A stretch of 64,000 nucleotides of DNA. Origin: Planctomycetota bacterium. GTDB lineage: Bacteria; Planctomycetota; UBA1135. The notes beneath the pieces were generated by a model. It searched no databases and was not told the origin of the DNA. It was given only the letters and a program-made list of their open reading frames with translations. A program made the position numbers and the translations under genes. Shown here in pieces: positions 15,963 to 25,837 of this stretch. The stretch spans positions 6,352-70,351 of the forward strand of contig JBMYYH010000001.1 of the NCBI GenBank assembly GCA_049609225.1. Reading direction: 5' to 3'. How positions within the stretch are numbered: position 1 is the first letter of the stretch; the number at the start of each line of letters is the position of its first letter.

Positions 15963-18417
15963 GCACATAGGGCCAGCCGGGATACTGGCTGGCTCCTTCG
16001 TCGCGCGGGTGCACCCACCGCGGCCAACACTCGAAAGTGATGGTTGCAGCGGCACGATCAAAACGCACGATGCCATAGCCCGGCATCCGGTCGTACAGCG
16101 CGCTCGGCTGACGTCCGCTGTTCACCGGATTGGCGACGGCCCACACGGTGAGCAGATTGCCGAAGCCGTCGAGGAAGTCTCCGGTGTAATGCGGCGCATC
16201 GGGTTCTGGATTGCCACCATGCACTGGCGGCCACCAACGTCGCGGCCAGGTGTTGGCAACGGCGGGTGCGGTGAAAGCGAAGGTGCCGTCGCGGTGGGCA
16301 TCGACTCCGTATTGCAGGAGGCTGCCGAGATGTTGATCGCCGGCAAGGTGGATGGCGTCGGCGGTGCGCAGGTAGGAAACCGCGCGCAGGCGTGCGGACT
16401 GTGGCCAACCGCCGGAATCGGTATCCGCGGCGAAGCGATAATCCTCGGGATATTCACCGGTCTCGGGAATGGGCAGACTCGGCAATACACCACCTCCATC
16501 GGCTTTCACGGGCAGCGTCGCGATGTTCACGAAGGGAGTTTGTGACAACAGGACTTTGGTCCAGGCATTGGGATCACGCTCTTGCGACCAGGCGTCGAGC
16601 ATGGCTTCTTGGCGTGGACCAAGCAGTTGAGCACCAGCCACGTCGGCGTCGCGCGGATCGAATCCATCGGCTTGGAACCAACCGTTCTTCACTTGGCCTT
16701 GGGGGACGACGTCGGAGGCGGAGTCCTTGAACTGGCGGTCCGCGACGACGGCGAAATCAATGCCGCCATAGGTGAAGGTGGTGCCGTAGACGGAGATGTC
16801 TTGAGCACTGGGCATCGGGTCGGCTGGATCCGGCAGATGCGAGGTCTGCGTCTTATGGACCATGTTGATGAAGGCCGGAGGATGCACGTATCCCCCTGAA
16901 TCCTGGGCCGTGAGACCGCGGGATCGATCCGCCTTCGCGCGACGTCCTCCCGCTCCCCAAAGATTGCCTTGGTAGACATCGTGGTCATCCGGAATCGTGA
17001 TGGTCGGATGCACCGCCGTGAGTTCGCGGAAGCTCCAGCACCACCGCGACCACTTATAGAGATAGTCCAACTGCAGTTTCTCCAGACTGCGCGCATCCAC
17101 CGGATCGAGATCTCCTTCATAGAGTTGATCGCCGGCGAAGTAGAGCATGTCCGGATTCTGCGCCTTCACATGCGCGACGGTCTCCGCATGCGGGAACCAG
17201 ATGCTGTCCCCATTCCACTGCAGGCTTCCGACGTAATGCTTCACGCAGTTCAACGACGCGACCACTACTTCCTGCTGACGACTATCCGGCTCCGCTTCGA
17301 TGCGACCCGGCCAAACATGCCACTTATGCAGCTCCTCCCCGCGCAGCATGTAGCGCACGCGATAGGCATGATTGCGACTGCTATCCCAATCCTCCAGGCG
17401 GAAGCGGAACACCGAAGCAGGTTGTTCCAGACTCGCAAGGCTGCGCATCTCCCAGCGCCCACCTTCCGGACGCACCCACAACTCCGCTTGTTGCGTATCG
17501 AGCCTTCCCAACGGCCCCATCTGCGCAGTCAACTTGAGCACGCCATCAGCGACAGTGTATTGCGTGGCTAAGACTGGACCGAAAGCGCGATCCGCATGAT
17601 TCTCCACCAGGGTTCCCTTGACGGTGAAATCCCCGAATTCGAAACCCATGCCGGTGTCTTGCGGCCCGAGATGACTGACCAAACCAATCAGCCCATCGAC
17701 CTTATGCAAGGGCAAGTCATCCACCACGAGGGAAGCCAGAGGACGATAGGAATTCGGCACCATGGTGGTCACCGTCAGGCGTGCGCGCGCACCGTGAACT
17801 TCCACGTGTGCCATCAAGCGCACCATGCCGCGCGTCTGCATGACATCCTTAGGCACTTCCGATTCCGTCAGCAGCGGCAACTCCCCTTCCTTCAAGGCGC
17901 CGCCGATGCTCCACGCACCGCCACCACTTGCTGGAACCCCGTTGTCGAAGATACGAATCCGTCCGAAGCCATCGGTGGTCACGAACAGGCCACCATCGAT
18001 GGCGGGACGATGATGCACTTGGGCGCTGATGCGGTAATCCACGTCGCGTCCGCCTGCGCCCAGCAGGAAACCGCTCCATCCATGCTCGGAAGGTTTGCGC
18101 GCCGAGGTTTCCGTGGTCTTCGCCACTGCTCCGGTAACCACTTCCACGAACAAGGTGCCATCACCCGGAGCGACCTCAAAAGTCAGGGCCATCAAGGTGC
18201 GCAAAGGCAACTTCGCGGATGCTTCCACGCACTGCAAGCGCCCATCTTGAAGACGCCAGTCCTGCATTCGATTGGCCCAATATTCCGGCCCAATCCAAAC
18301 TCGATCCGGGGAACCTGCCCAAGTGGCGCCGCCCAGGTCCGTCTTCATTGTCGGCGTGGTGCAGGTCACCAGCGGGAGCAGTAGGAAAAACGCGGCTGTA
18401 CGCGGTCGGATAGCCAT
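15952..18417 (-). CDS. PhoD-like metallophosphatase lipoprotein (function tentative)
   Basis: Signal/lipobox MAIRPRTAAFFLLLPLVTC. Metallophosphatase-like motifs FAGDQLYEGD and IPDDHDVYQGNLWG. About 820 aa. Confidence 0.7.
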   Translation of the reverse strand: MAIRPRTAAFFLLLPLVTCTTPTMKTDLGGATWAGSPDRVWIGPEYWANRMQDWRLQDGRLQCVEASAKLPLRTLMALTFEVAPGDGTLFVEVVTGAVAKTTETSARKPSEHGWSGFLLGAGGRDVDYRISAQVHHRPAIDGGLFVTTDGFGRIRIFDNGVPASGGGAWSIGGALKEGELPLLTESEVPKDVMQTRGMVRLMAHVEVHGARARLTVTTMVPNSYRPLASLVVDDLPLHKVDGLIGLVSHLGPQDTGMGFEFGDFTVKGTLVENHADRAFGPVLATQYTVADGVLKLTAQMGPLGRLDTQQAELWVRPEGGRWEMRSLASLEQPASVFRFRLEDWDSSRNHAYRVRYMLRGEELHKWHVWPGRIEAEPDSRQQEVVVASLNCVKHYVGSLQWNGDSIWFPHAETVAHVKAQNPDMLYFAGDQLYEGDLDPVDARSLEKLQLDYLYKWSRWCWSFRELTAVHPTITIPDDHDVYQGNLWGAGGRRAKADRSRGLTAQDSGGYVHPPAFINMVHKTQTSHLPDPADPMPSAQDISVYGTTFTYGGIDFAVVADRQFKDSASDVVPQGQVKNGWFQADGFDPRDADVAGAQLLGPRQEAMLDAWSQERDPNAWTKVLLSQTPFVNIATLPVKADGGGVLPSLPIPETGEYPEDYRFAADTDSGGWPQSARLRAVSYLRTADAIHLAGDQHLGSLLQYGVDAHRDGTFAFTAPAVANTWPRRWWPPVHGGNPEPDAPHYTGDFLDGFGNLLTVWAVANPVNSGRQPSALYDRMPGYGIVRFDRAAATITFECWPRWVHPRDEGASQYPGWPYVLRR

Positions 18418-18466
18418 GGCGGCAAGTCTACTGCCCCCCAACCCCGGAATCGGTTAGCCTTGGGAC

Positions 18467-19597
18467 ATGAGTTCGCCACGCGAGTTCGACCTCATCCTGC
18501 AAGGCGCTACTGGTTTCACGGGGCATCTCGCCGCAGAGGAGATTGCATTGCGCGCGCCGCAAGGATTCCGCTGGGCCGTGGCAGGGCGTGATGTCATCCG
18601 CACTTCCGCGCTCGCACAACGCTTCGGTGTGGATCCAGTCATCGCCGACGGCCTCGATGCCCGCGCCAATGATGCTTTGGCCGCGCGCACTCAAGTCGTG
18701 ATCAGTTGCGCCGGCCCCTTTGCGCGTTACGGCAAACATCTTGCGGATGCATGCGTGACCCATGGCACCCACTATGCCGACATTAGCGGCGAGGGTTCCT
18801 GGATTCGCGGATTGATCGAGGAGCATCACGCGGTTTGCCAGGAGCGCAGCATCACCATGATTCCTGCAGCAGGTTTCGACAGTGTGCCGTCCGACCTTGC
18901 GGTGATGGCGATGCGGGAGCAACTCGGTCCCGAAGTTGCCATCCAAGGTTTCTTCACCATTCGCGGCGGCTTCAATGGCGGCACCCTGTTTTCAGGAATC
19001 GCCATGGCGGAAGACCAAGGAGCCGATTCGGTGCCGCAGGCTTCCAAGACGAGCTCGATCTTCCCGGTGCCTTGCCTGAAGCGTTGGGCAACGCCGTTCC
19101 TGATGGCGCCGGTGAATGAAGCCACGGTGGCGCGCAGTCTGGAACTGTCCGAGGAGATCGCAACATCTCCCGACCTCTATCCGGCCTATCGTGAATTTAT
19201 GTGCGTGCGCGGGAAGATGCGCGCGCAGGGCGTCCGCCTGGGATTGAAAATGATCGAAGGGATGTTCCGCAGTCGCTTCGGCCGCTCGATGCTTCAACGC
19301 TTCGGCCCGAAGCCTGGTGAAGGTCCAAGTGAAGAGGATATTCGGAATGGATTCGCGCGACTGACCTTGGTCGCCGGTTCGCTCGAGGTTCCACTTGCCA
19401 AACGTACTTGGAGTTGGACGGGTGATCCCAGCAATCGCATCACCGTGAACAGTTTGGTCCAAACAGGCCTCGCTCTCGCCCATGGAGAAGCAATTGCAGC
19501 AGGGGTCCTTACTCCGGCATCTGGACTCGGCCAAGGATTACTCGATCGCCTGCTCGAGACCGGAGCCGTGCGCGAAGAACCTGCGGCTGATTCCTAG
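18467..19597 (+). CDS. saccharopine dehydrogenase-like NAD(P)-binding oxidoreductase
   Basis: N-terminal Rossmann motif LILQGATGFTGHLAAEE. Length and general similarity fit the saccharopine dehydrogenase / trans-acting enoyl reductase family. Confidence 0.75.
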   Translation: MSSPREFDLILQGATGFTGHLAAEEIALRAPQGFRWAVAGRDVIRTSALAQRFGVDPVIADGLDARANDALAARTQVVISCAGPFARYGKHLADACVTHGTHYADISGEGSWIRGLIEEHHAVCQERSITMIPAAGFDSVPSDLAVMAMREQLGPEVAIQGFFTIRGGFNGGTLFSGIAMAEDQGADSVPQASKTSSIFPVPCLKRWATPFLMAPVNEATVARSLELSEEIATSPDLYPAYREFMCVRGKMRAQGVRLGLKMIEGMFRSRFGRSMLQRFGPKPGEGPSEEDIRNGFARLTLVAGSLEVPLAKRTWSWTGDPSNRITVNSLVQTGLALAHGEAIAAGVLTPASGLGQGLLDRLLETGAVREEPAADS

Positions 19598-19980
19598 ATC
19601 CCTAAGGCCGCGGCACGTTCGTCGATCGCTGCTTGCACCAAGGCACGTAGCGCTGGGGTGCCGACCGCGTCTTCCGTGTGCACTTTCACATGCCGCAGCT
19701 TCTTGCCCGCGCCTTCCAAGAGCCCTTCGCCATCCGCGAGGGCCGCGCCCATAAAGAAGCCGAGGTTGACCCACTTCTTATGCGGTTGGATATACACATA
19801 ACCTTCCGACATCTTCTTCGGCCCATGTCCGAAAGTCGCGGCGCGCTCTCCCAACCGCACGACTTCGGTGCTTTCCGGATGCAATGCCAAGACCATCGCC
19901 CGCAATGCGTGAGCGATGGTCTGGATTTCTGGGCTGGATGCTTCCAGCAGCTCTTCGAAGGTACCTAGTTCGGCGGACAT
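19594..19980 (-). CDS. DUF1801 domain protein
   Basis: 128 aa, ...IQTIAHALRAMVLALHPESTEVVRLGERAATFGHGPKKMSEGYVYIQPHKKWVNLGFF...; second DUF1801-like gene in the window. Confidence 0.7.
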   Translation of the reverse strand: MSAELGTFEELLEASSPEIQTIAHALRAMVLALHPESTEVVRLGERAATFGHGPKKMSEGYVYIQPHKKWVNLGFFMGAALADGEGLLEGAGKKLRHVKVHTEDAVGTPALRALVQAAIDERAAALGI

Positions 19981-19997
19981 GCCACTAGGTTAGCGAC

Positions 19998-20639
19998 TCA
20001 GTACTGAACCTTGTCGCCTTCGTGCATGCCGGCGGGGAAGGCTTCGAGATAATCTTCCATCGAAGCCTGCACCACGAGTTCCGCACGCTCGCGACCATAA
20101 GGCTCGCCGATGTGCACGGACGGAGCCGTGTTCGGTGCAAGCTTATAGGTGTTGAAGTAGTGCATGAGGCGCTCGATCAGCACGCTCGGAAGCTCACTGA
20201 TGTCATCGAGGTGACCCCACTGGTGGTCGCAGTCGAGGATTGCGATGATCTTGTCGTCGGCCTCGCCATCGTCCAGCATCGGCAGGCCACCGACGACGCG
20301 CGCGTTGAGCAGGGTTTCTGCACGCGTGATGGGGCGTTCGCTGATCACGCAGATATCAAGTGGATCATGGTCGCCGGTCTCTGCACCCGGCATCAGGTCA
20401 CGCACGCGGTCGCCGCAGTAGGTGCGCGGCACGAAACCATAGAGGCCTGGTGGCAGCGAAGAGGTGCGCTGCGGACGATCGACCCGCAGGAAACCCGACT
20501 CCTTATCGATTTCATACTTCACCATGTCGAATGGCGTGATTTCGATGAAGGCGTGCACCAGCGAGGGTGGGTTCAAACCTGCACTCAGGCCATGCCAAGG
20601 GTGCGGACGGAATTTATGGAAGGCGCTATGCGGGGCCAT
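19998..20639 (-). CDS. ppa: inorganic pyrophosphatase (family I)
   Basis: Motifs [38 protein letters not shown] and [12 protein letters not shown] are typical of soluble family I PPase. Confidence 0.9.
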   Translation of the reverse strand: MAPHSAFHKFRPHPWHGLSAGLNPPSLVHAFIEITPFDMVKYEIDKESGFLRVDRPQRTSSLPPGLYGFVPRTYCGDRVRDLMPGAETGDHDPLDICVISERPITRAETLLNARVVGGLPMLDDGEADDKIIAILDCDHQWGHLDDISELPSVLIERLMHYFNTYKLAPNTAPSVHIGEPYGRERAELVVQASMEDYLEAFPAGMHEGDKVQY

Positions 20640-20758
20640 CGCGGAATTGTCTCAGGCTGAGGGTGGGCCGTCAACGGGCATTGGGACAACTCAAGAGTCA
20701 GGCCCAGACGTCCGATAGGTCCATTTGGCGCTTTGTCGGTTCCGTCCTCGCGGATGCC

Positions 20759-22909
20759 ATGGCGCCGGTGACCACCATGACCGACTCCGCTGCATCGGCA
20801 ACCCCCTCTCCTCTGGATTCCATCGGGGCAGAGAAACCTATGGTTCGTCTTGGCGTCGCTGAGGCCTCCTCCGCTCAGGTCGTTTTCGCGGGCCTGCAGG
20901 AATCGCTGGAAGTCCGCGTCCATGCGGTGAAGGACGACGGCATCGAGATCCTCAGCTCCACCTTCTATCCCAAGAACACCTGTCTGGATCTGAAGTTGGA
21001 ACCGCCGCGTGGATACGCAACCGCGGAAGGGCAGGATGCGATCGCGCTGACGGGCACCGTCGCCAAGGTGCAGATGGTGGCTGCGGCCCCCACCTACCGC
21101 ATGTGGATTCAGCTGGCGGATTTCGATCCATCGCTGCTGCATGCCATCTGGGTCCAATGCCGGACTGCGGATCAGGAGTCCGCGCAGAAACCCGCTGGAT
21201 TCCCGGCGCCATCCTTCGCAGCTCCAGGTTGGGCCTTGCAGCTCATCCACCAGGGCGTTGTCGACAAGGATCAGTTGCGTCAGGTGATCCTGCGTAGCAA
21301 GGAAGCCGATGCCAATTTGGAAGGCGCGCTGACTGCTGCTGGGTTGGCGAATGCGGAACAGATCGCATCGTGCAAGGCCTTGGAGTTCAGCGTGCCATTC
21401 CTGGACACGCGCGCCTTCGAGATCTGCATGGAGAACCGCGCGCTGCTTTCCCTGGATGTCGCCCGCAAACAGCAGCTATTCCCGCTTTTCCAGCTGGATG
21501 GAGTTCTCACGCTGGGCATGGTTGACCCTACCGATCTAGCCGTCATCGACCAGGTGCGTTTGGAAACGAATTGCCAAGTAGAACCCTGCTTATTGCTGCC
21601 AGCCGCGATCGATGGCCTCATCGACAATGCGCGCCTCAAGCAATCGGCGGCAGCCACGCGTGCCCAGGCCAAGGAAGTGGAAGTCGCAGCGGCCAAGGTG
21701 GAAGACGAGAGTGCCGTCATGAACGCGAACGTGCGCCTGGTGCATTCCATCATCGAAGAGGCTGCGGAGGACGGCGCCAGTGACCTTCACTTCGAACCGG
21801 AGCAAGGACAACTGCGCGTACGGATGCGCGTGGATGGCGTCATGCGTGAGAAGGCGACTTATCCTTCCAGCCAGCAAGCCTCGATCGTTTCGCGCATCAA
21901 GGTGCTGTCCAAACTTGATATCGCGGAGACCCGACGCCCGCAAGATGGTCACTTCAGCATGGAGTTATCCTTCGGAAGTGTTGATATCCGCGTTTCGACG
22001 ATTCCGACGGTCTACGGTGAGAACGTGGTGCTGCGTCTGCTCGTTTCCGAGGGAGAAGTCCTCGGCTTGGAGGATCTCGGCATGGCCGACGACGTCCACG
22101 GCAAGATGGAGGCCTTCCTTGAGAATCCGCATGGCATGATCCTGGTCACTGGCCCTACCGGTAGTGGCAAGACCACCACGCTGTATGCCGCTTTGGCGCG
22201 CCTTGGAACTCCGGAGCGCAATGTGGTCACGGTCGAGGATCCAGTGGAGAAACGAATCCAATTCCTGCGTCAGACGGAGGTGAATCCGAAAGCCGGAGTG
22301 ACCTTCGCGACGGGTTTGCGCAGCATTCTGCGGCAGGACCCGGATGTCATCATGATCGGTGAGATTCGCGATGAGGAAGCAGCGGAGCTTGCGGTGCAGG
22401 CTGCGCTCACTGGCCACTTGGTGTTGAGCACTCTGCATACCAACGATGCCTGTGGCGCCATCGTGCGCCTGAATGAGATGGGCGTGCCCCCATTCCTGAT
22501 CACCTCGTCCTTGCGCGCCGTGATCAGCCAACGACTCGCACGCAAGGTGTGTGAGGTCTGCGCGGAAGAAGTGGCTCCGGACATGCGTCTTGCCGAGGGC
22601 CTTGGACTGGAGGACGTCGCGGGAATCACTTTCCTGCAGGGCGCTGGATGCCCGACTTGCCTGCATTCTGGCTACAAGGGACGCGTCGGATTGTACGAGA
22701 TGCTCGAGTTGAACTCGGAGTTGCGCGCCGCCTTGCTGGGACGTGCATCGCGAAGTGAAATCGAAGCCGTAGCGCAGGATGCGCTGTTCTGCAGCATGCG
22801 CATGGATGGATTGCGTCGGATCCGGGAGGGAGTCACCACCCTGGAAGAGGTCGCCCGCATCGTCGGCTTGAAGACCTCCGTCCAAGATCGCAAACGGGAA
22901 GGTGAATAA
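20759..22909 (+). CDS. GspE/PilB-family type IV filament assembly ATPase with ~150-aa unassigned N-terminal extension
   Basis: T2SSE_N-like region, Walker A GPTGSGKTTT, Asp/His boxes, and tetracysteine CEVC...CPTC. Start trimmed to ATG 20759 because the upstream part of the track ORF overlaps ppa. Confidence 0.9.
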   Translation: MAPVTTMTDSAASATPSPLDSIGAEKPMVRLGVAEASSAQVVFAGLQESLEVRVHAVKDDGIEILSSTFYPKNTCLDLKLEPPRGYATAEGQDAIALTGTVAKVQMVAAAPTYRMWIQLADFDPSLLHAIWVQCRTADQESAQKPAGFPAPSFAAPGWALQLIHQGVVDKDQLRQVILRSKEADANLEGALTAAGLANAEQIASCKALEFSVPFLDTRAFEICMENRALLSLDVARKQQLFPLFQLDGVLTLGMVDPTDLAVIDQVRLETNCQVEPCLLLPAAIDGLIDNARLKQSAAATRAQAKEVEVAAAKVEDESAVMNANVRLVHSIIEEAAEDGASDLHFEPEQGQLRVRMRVDGVMREKATYPSSQQASIVSRIKVLSKLDIAETRRPQDGHFSMELSFGSVDIRVSTIPTVYGENVVLRLLVSEGEVLGLEDLGMADDVHGKMEAFLENPHGMILVTGPTGSGKTTTLYAALARLGTPERNVVTVEDPVEKRIQFLRQTEVNPKAGVTFATGLRSILRQDPDVIMIGEIRDEEAAELAVQAALTGHLVLSTLHTNDACGAIVRLNEMGVPPFLITSSLRAVISQRLARKVCEVCAEEVAPDMRLAEGLGLEDVAGITFLQGAGCPTCLHSGYKGRVGLYEMLELNSELRAALLGRASRSEIEAVAQDALFCSMRMDGLRRIREGVTTLEEVARIVGLKTSVQDRKREGE

Positions 22910-22911
22910 GC

Positions 22912-24174
22912 ATGGCTGCCTTCGCATGTAGAAGTCGAGATGCTTCCGGAACCGCGGTCGAGACCAAGGTCGAGGCCGACACCGTGCGCGACGCCATGGC
23001 GCAGCTCGAAGAGGACGGCCTGTACCCGATCGAGATCCATCCCATTGAGGCTGAATCGGCCGATAAGCCCTCGAAACGGGCAGTATCCGCCGCACCCGAG
23101 CCCAAGAAGGCGGCCCCCAAAGGCCTCCATCGGGTCAAAGTTGGGCGCAAGGAGGTCATGCAGTTCTCCGTGCAGCTCGGCAGCAGTTTGGAGGCGGGCA
23201 TTCCGATTCTCCAGAGTGTCCAGGCCTGCGCCGACATGACCCGCAACCAGAACTTCCAGCAGGTGCTGCAGAGCATGGCTGTGGAGATCGAAGGTGGTGC
23301 TCCGCTGTCCGATGCGATGCGCCAATACCCGAACGTCTTCCCCCATGCCTATGTGGGCACGGTGGCTGCAGGCGAAGCTTCCGGAACTCTCGAGGACATG
23401 CTCGAGAACTTGGTGGAATTCCTCGAAGCCGATCTCGAAGTCCGCTCCGACGTCCGCTCGGCCATCATGTATCCCGCCATCGTGGTGGTTTCCTTGTGCC
23501 TCGCGGTTGCGGTCCTGGTGGTCTTCGTGGTACCGCGCTTCACCGCTTTCTACTCCGGCTTCGACACCGAGCTCCCCGTCGCGACGCGCATGCTGATGAG
23601 CTTCAGCACATTCCTCCAGGAACACTATGCGCTGGTTCTCTTGGGCATGATCGGCGCTGGTTTCGCTCTCTTTCGCATGATGCGTATCCCCGTCATCGCG
23701 ACGGCACGCGATCGTTTCATCCTTAAGATTCCTGTCCTCGGGAAACTCATCGAAACCTCGATTACGCTGCAGGTCGTGCAGCTCCTTGGCCTCTTCACCA
23801 AGGCCGGTGTACCGATTCTTGATGCTATACGCTCCGCTGCAAGCACCGTGGGCAATACCAAGATTCGCCAGGACCTGAATGTGGTGGCAGACGGCATTTC
23901 CTCTGGCCAAACCATGGCTGCAGGCATGCAGGAAGTCGACTGTTTCCCTCCGGAAGCCCGCCATATGCTCGCGAATGGCGAATCCACCGGATCCATGGAA
24001 CGCGCCTGCATGTCCACCGCGAAGCGCTACAAGAAGGAGCTTCGCACCATGACCAAGACGCTTGCGACCCTGATTGAACCCATGCTGACGCTGGTTCTGG
24101 CTGGAATCGTCCTGTTCATTGCCCTGGCTGTGTTCCTCCCCATGTGGGATCTGGCCAACGTCGCGAAAGAATAG
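22912..24174 (+). CDS. GspF/PilC-family inner-membrane platform protein
   Basis: 420 aa with a duplicated T2SSF-type domain (FSVQLGSSLEAGIPILQSV... and ...LGLFTKAGVPILDAIRSA) and three TM helices. Confidence 0.9.
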   Translation: MAAFACRSRDASGTAVETKVEADTVRDAMAQLEEDGLYPIEIHPIEAESADKPSKRAVSAAPEPKKAAPKGLHRVKVGRKEVMQFSVQLGSSLEAGIPILQSVQACADMTRNQNFQQVLQSMAVEIEGGAPLSDAMRQYPNVFPHAYVGTVAAGEASGTLEDMLENLVEFLEADLEVRSDVRSAIMYPAIVVVSLCLAVAVLVVFVVPRFTAFYSGFDTELPVATRMLMSFSTFLQEHYALVLLGMIGAGFALFRMMRIPVIATARDRFILKIPVLGKLIETSITLQVVQLLGLFTKAGVPILDAIRSAASTVGNTKIRQDLNVVADGISSGQTMAAGMQEVDCFPPEARHMLANGESTGSMERACMSTAKRYKKELRTMTKTLATLIEPMLTLVLAGIVLFIALAVFLPMWDLANVAKE

Positions 24175-24292
24175 ATGTTTTTTCCGGAATCCCTAAGGGA
24201 TTCCAAGGCGAAGGTCGATAGGTTCTGCGGCGCTCTGACTCTCCGACAGACCTTCAGGCGACCCATCACCTTCACATCGCACTTGTAAACCA

Positions 24293-24739
24293 ATGAAGCT
24301 AAACAAGACACGCAATGGCCAGGCTGGATTCACCCTTGTGGAACTCGTCGTGGTCATCATCGTCCTCGGTATTCTGGCCGCAATCGCCGTGCCGAAATTC
24401 ATGGATTTCACCACTGACGCCAAAGACTCTGCCCTGAAAGGCAGCCTCGGTGGCGTTCGTTCTGCAATCTCAAACTTCTACGCCTACTCCGGCACTCCTG
24501 CAGGCGGCGGCACCATTGCTTACCCGACCTTGGCTGAGCTGACGACCACCGGAACCGTAATGGCGCAGGGAATCCCTGCGAACCCCTACTCCACCGGAGC
24601 CGATCCTTCTGCCGTGATCGCAGGTACCACCAAAGGCACCCCGGCTACTGCCGGCACGACGGGTGGATGGTGCTACAAGGCGTCCACTGGAGAGTTCTGG
24701 GCCAATACCGCTAGCGGTGCTGGCGAAGCCAGCGAATAA
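24293..24739 (+). CDS. major pilin/pseudopilin candidate (prepilin-type N-terminal cleavage/methylation domain)
   Basis: Leader MKLNKTRNGQAG|FTLVELVVVIIVLGILAAIAVPKF with Glu at +5. 148 aa. Confidence 0.85.
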   Translation: MKLNKTRNGQAGFTLVELVVVIIVLGILAAIAVPKFMDFTTDAKDSALKGSLGGVRSAISNFYAYSGTPAGGGTIAYPTLAELTTTGTVMAQGIPANPYSTGADPSAVIAGTTKGTPATAGTTGGWCYKASTGEFWANTASGAGEASE

Positions 24740-24819
24740 CTGGAGCACATCGAGCGCCGGCCATGCAGCAAACCACCTTTGGATGCTCTGGCCGGCGCTT
24801 TTCCAATTCCTCAACGATC

Positions 24820-25320
24820 ATGAAAAAAGCCCAGCACGGATTCTCCCTGGTGGAGCTCATGCTCATGCTGACGGTCATCGGCATCCTTTCTGGAGTTGCC
24901 GTAGCCTCACTGAACGGGCTGACGTCCTCCCAACAGGATGTTGCAGCCGCTCGCGTTCGCTCGGCAGTGATCCATGCCCAACTGTGGGCCATCAGCACCG
25001 GCGACTCGACCTGGGTCCAGTTCGATGCTGGATCCGACCTGGTCCGCTTGTACTGCGAGGATGAAGGCAATCCGGGCAAAGCCAACCGCGTTGCCATGCT
25101 CGACCCCTTAACGCGAAGCGCCATGGAGATTCACCTTGGCAACGACAGCTCTGGCATTACCTCGGTGGATTTCGACACGACTGCGGAAGTGCAGTTCGAT
25201 GCCCAAGGCCTTCCTTATGACGCCGATGGTGCCCTACTCACTTCCGATGGAGTGGTGGGATTCACTGGCGGCGCCACCCTCCGCGTGACCCGCAACACCG
25301 GATACATCAAGTTGGATTAG
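24820..25320 (+). CDS. minor pseudopilin (GspH-like)
   Basis: MKKAQHG|FSLVELMLMLTVIGILSGVAVASL prepilin signal with Glu at +5. Confidence 0.75.
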   Translation: MKKAQHGFSLVELMLMLTVIGILSGVAVASLNGLTSSQQDVAAARVRSAVIHAQLWAISTGDSTWVQFDAGSDLVRLYCEDEGNPGKANRVAMLDPLTRSAMEIHLGNDSSGITSVDFDTTAEVQFDAQGLPYDADGALLTSDGVVGFTGGATLRVTRNTGYIKLD

Positions 25321-25324
25321 TTCC

Positions 25325-25837
25325 ATGAGAATCCGTACCAACTTGCGACCGGGCCGCTCCGGAACCAACGGTTTCACTCTGGTGGAACTCGTCGCAAGCA
25401 TGACGGTCTTGGCCATCATTGCACTGATTGCTTCCAATGTGATCATGGAGTCGATGCGCGTCTACTCCCGCGCGATTCCTGCCATGGGAGTTTCCTACAA
25501 ATCAGATTTGGCCCTGCGCACGCTCCTGCGTGACATTCGCGACTTGAGCGATCGCAACGCCATCTCGGTGTTCACTAGCACGGCCTTCACTTTCGAGGAT
25601 TCTAACGGCACCGAAATCGCCTATGTCCTTACAGGCACGGACCTGACGCGCAATGGTGACCTGCTGGCTGATGACGTCATCAGCTTCTCCTTTCAATACC
25701 TGGAAAGCGATGGCAGCGTGGCTGGAGATGCGATCGACCTGCACCTCGTCGACATCGATTTCACCGTGCAAAGCGGCAACCAGAGTCTGCGTTCCCGCAG
25801 CCTTGCCTTCCCACGATCTCTGGGGGTATCCCTGTGA
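25325..25837 (+). CDS. minor pseudopilin (GspJ-like)
   Basis: ...RSGTNG|FTLVELVASMTVLAIIALIASNVI prepilin signal with Glu at +5. Confidence 0.75.
   Translation: MRIRTNLRPGRSGTNGFTLVELVASMTVLAIIALIASNVIMESMRVYSRAIPAMGVSYKSDLALRTLLRDIRDLSDRNAISVFTSTAFTFEDSNGTEIAYVLTGTDLTRNGDLLADDVISFSFQYLESDGSVAGDAIDLHLVDIDFTVQSGNQSLRSRSLAFPRSLGVSL

Noticed and set aside
20567-20758. N-terminal 64 codons of the track ORF for the GspE-like ATPase. The same applies to the upstream extensions of ORFs 14119, 15222, 24763, 26757, 35544, 38039, 41655, 45144 and 58685.
   Set aside because: These extensions overlap neighbouring genes or lack protein-like composition. Internal start codons give N-termini that match family expectations (signal peptides, prepilin leaders).
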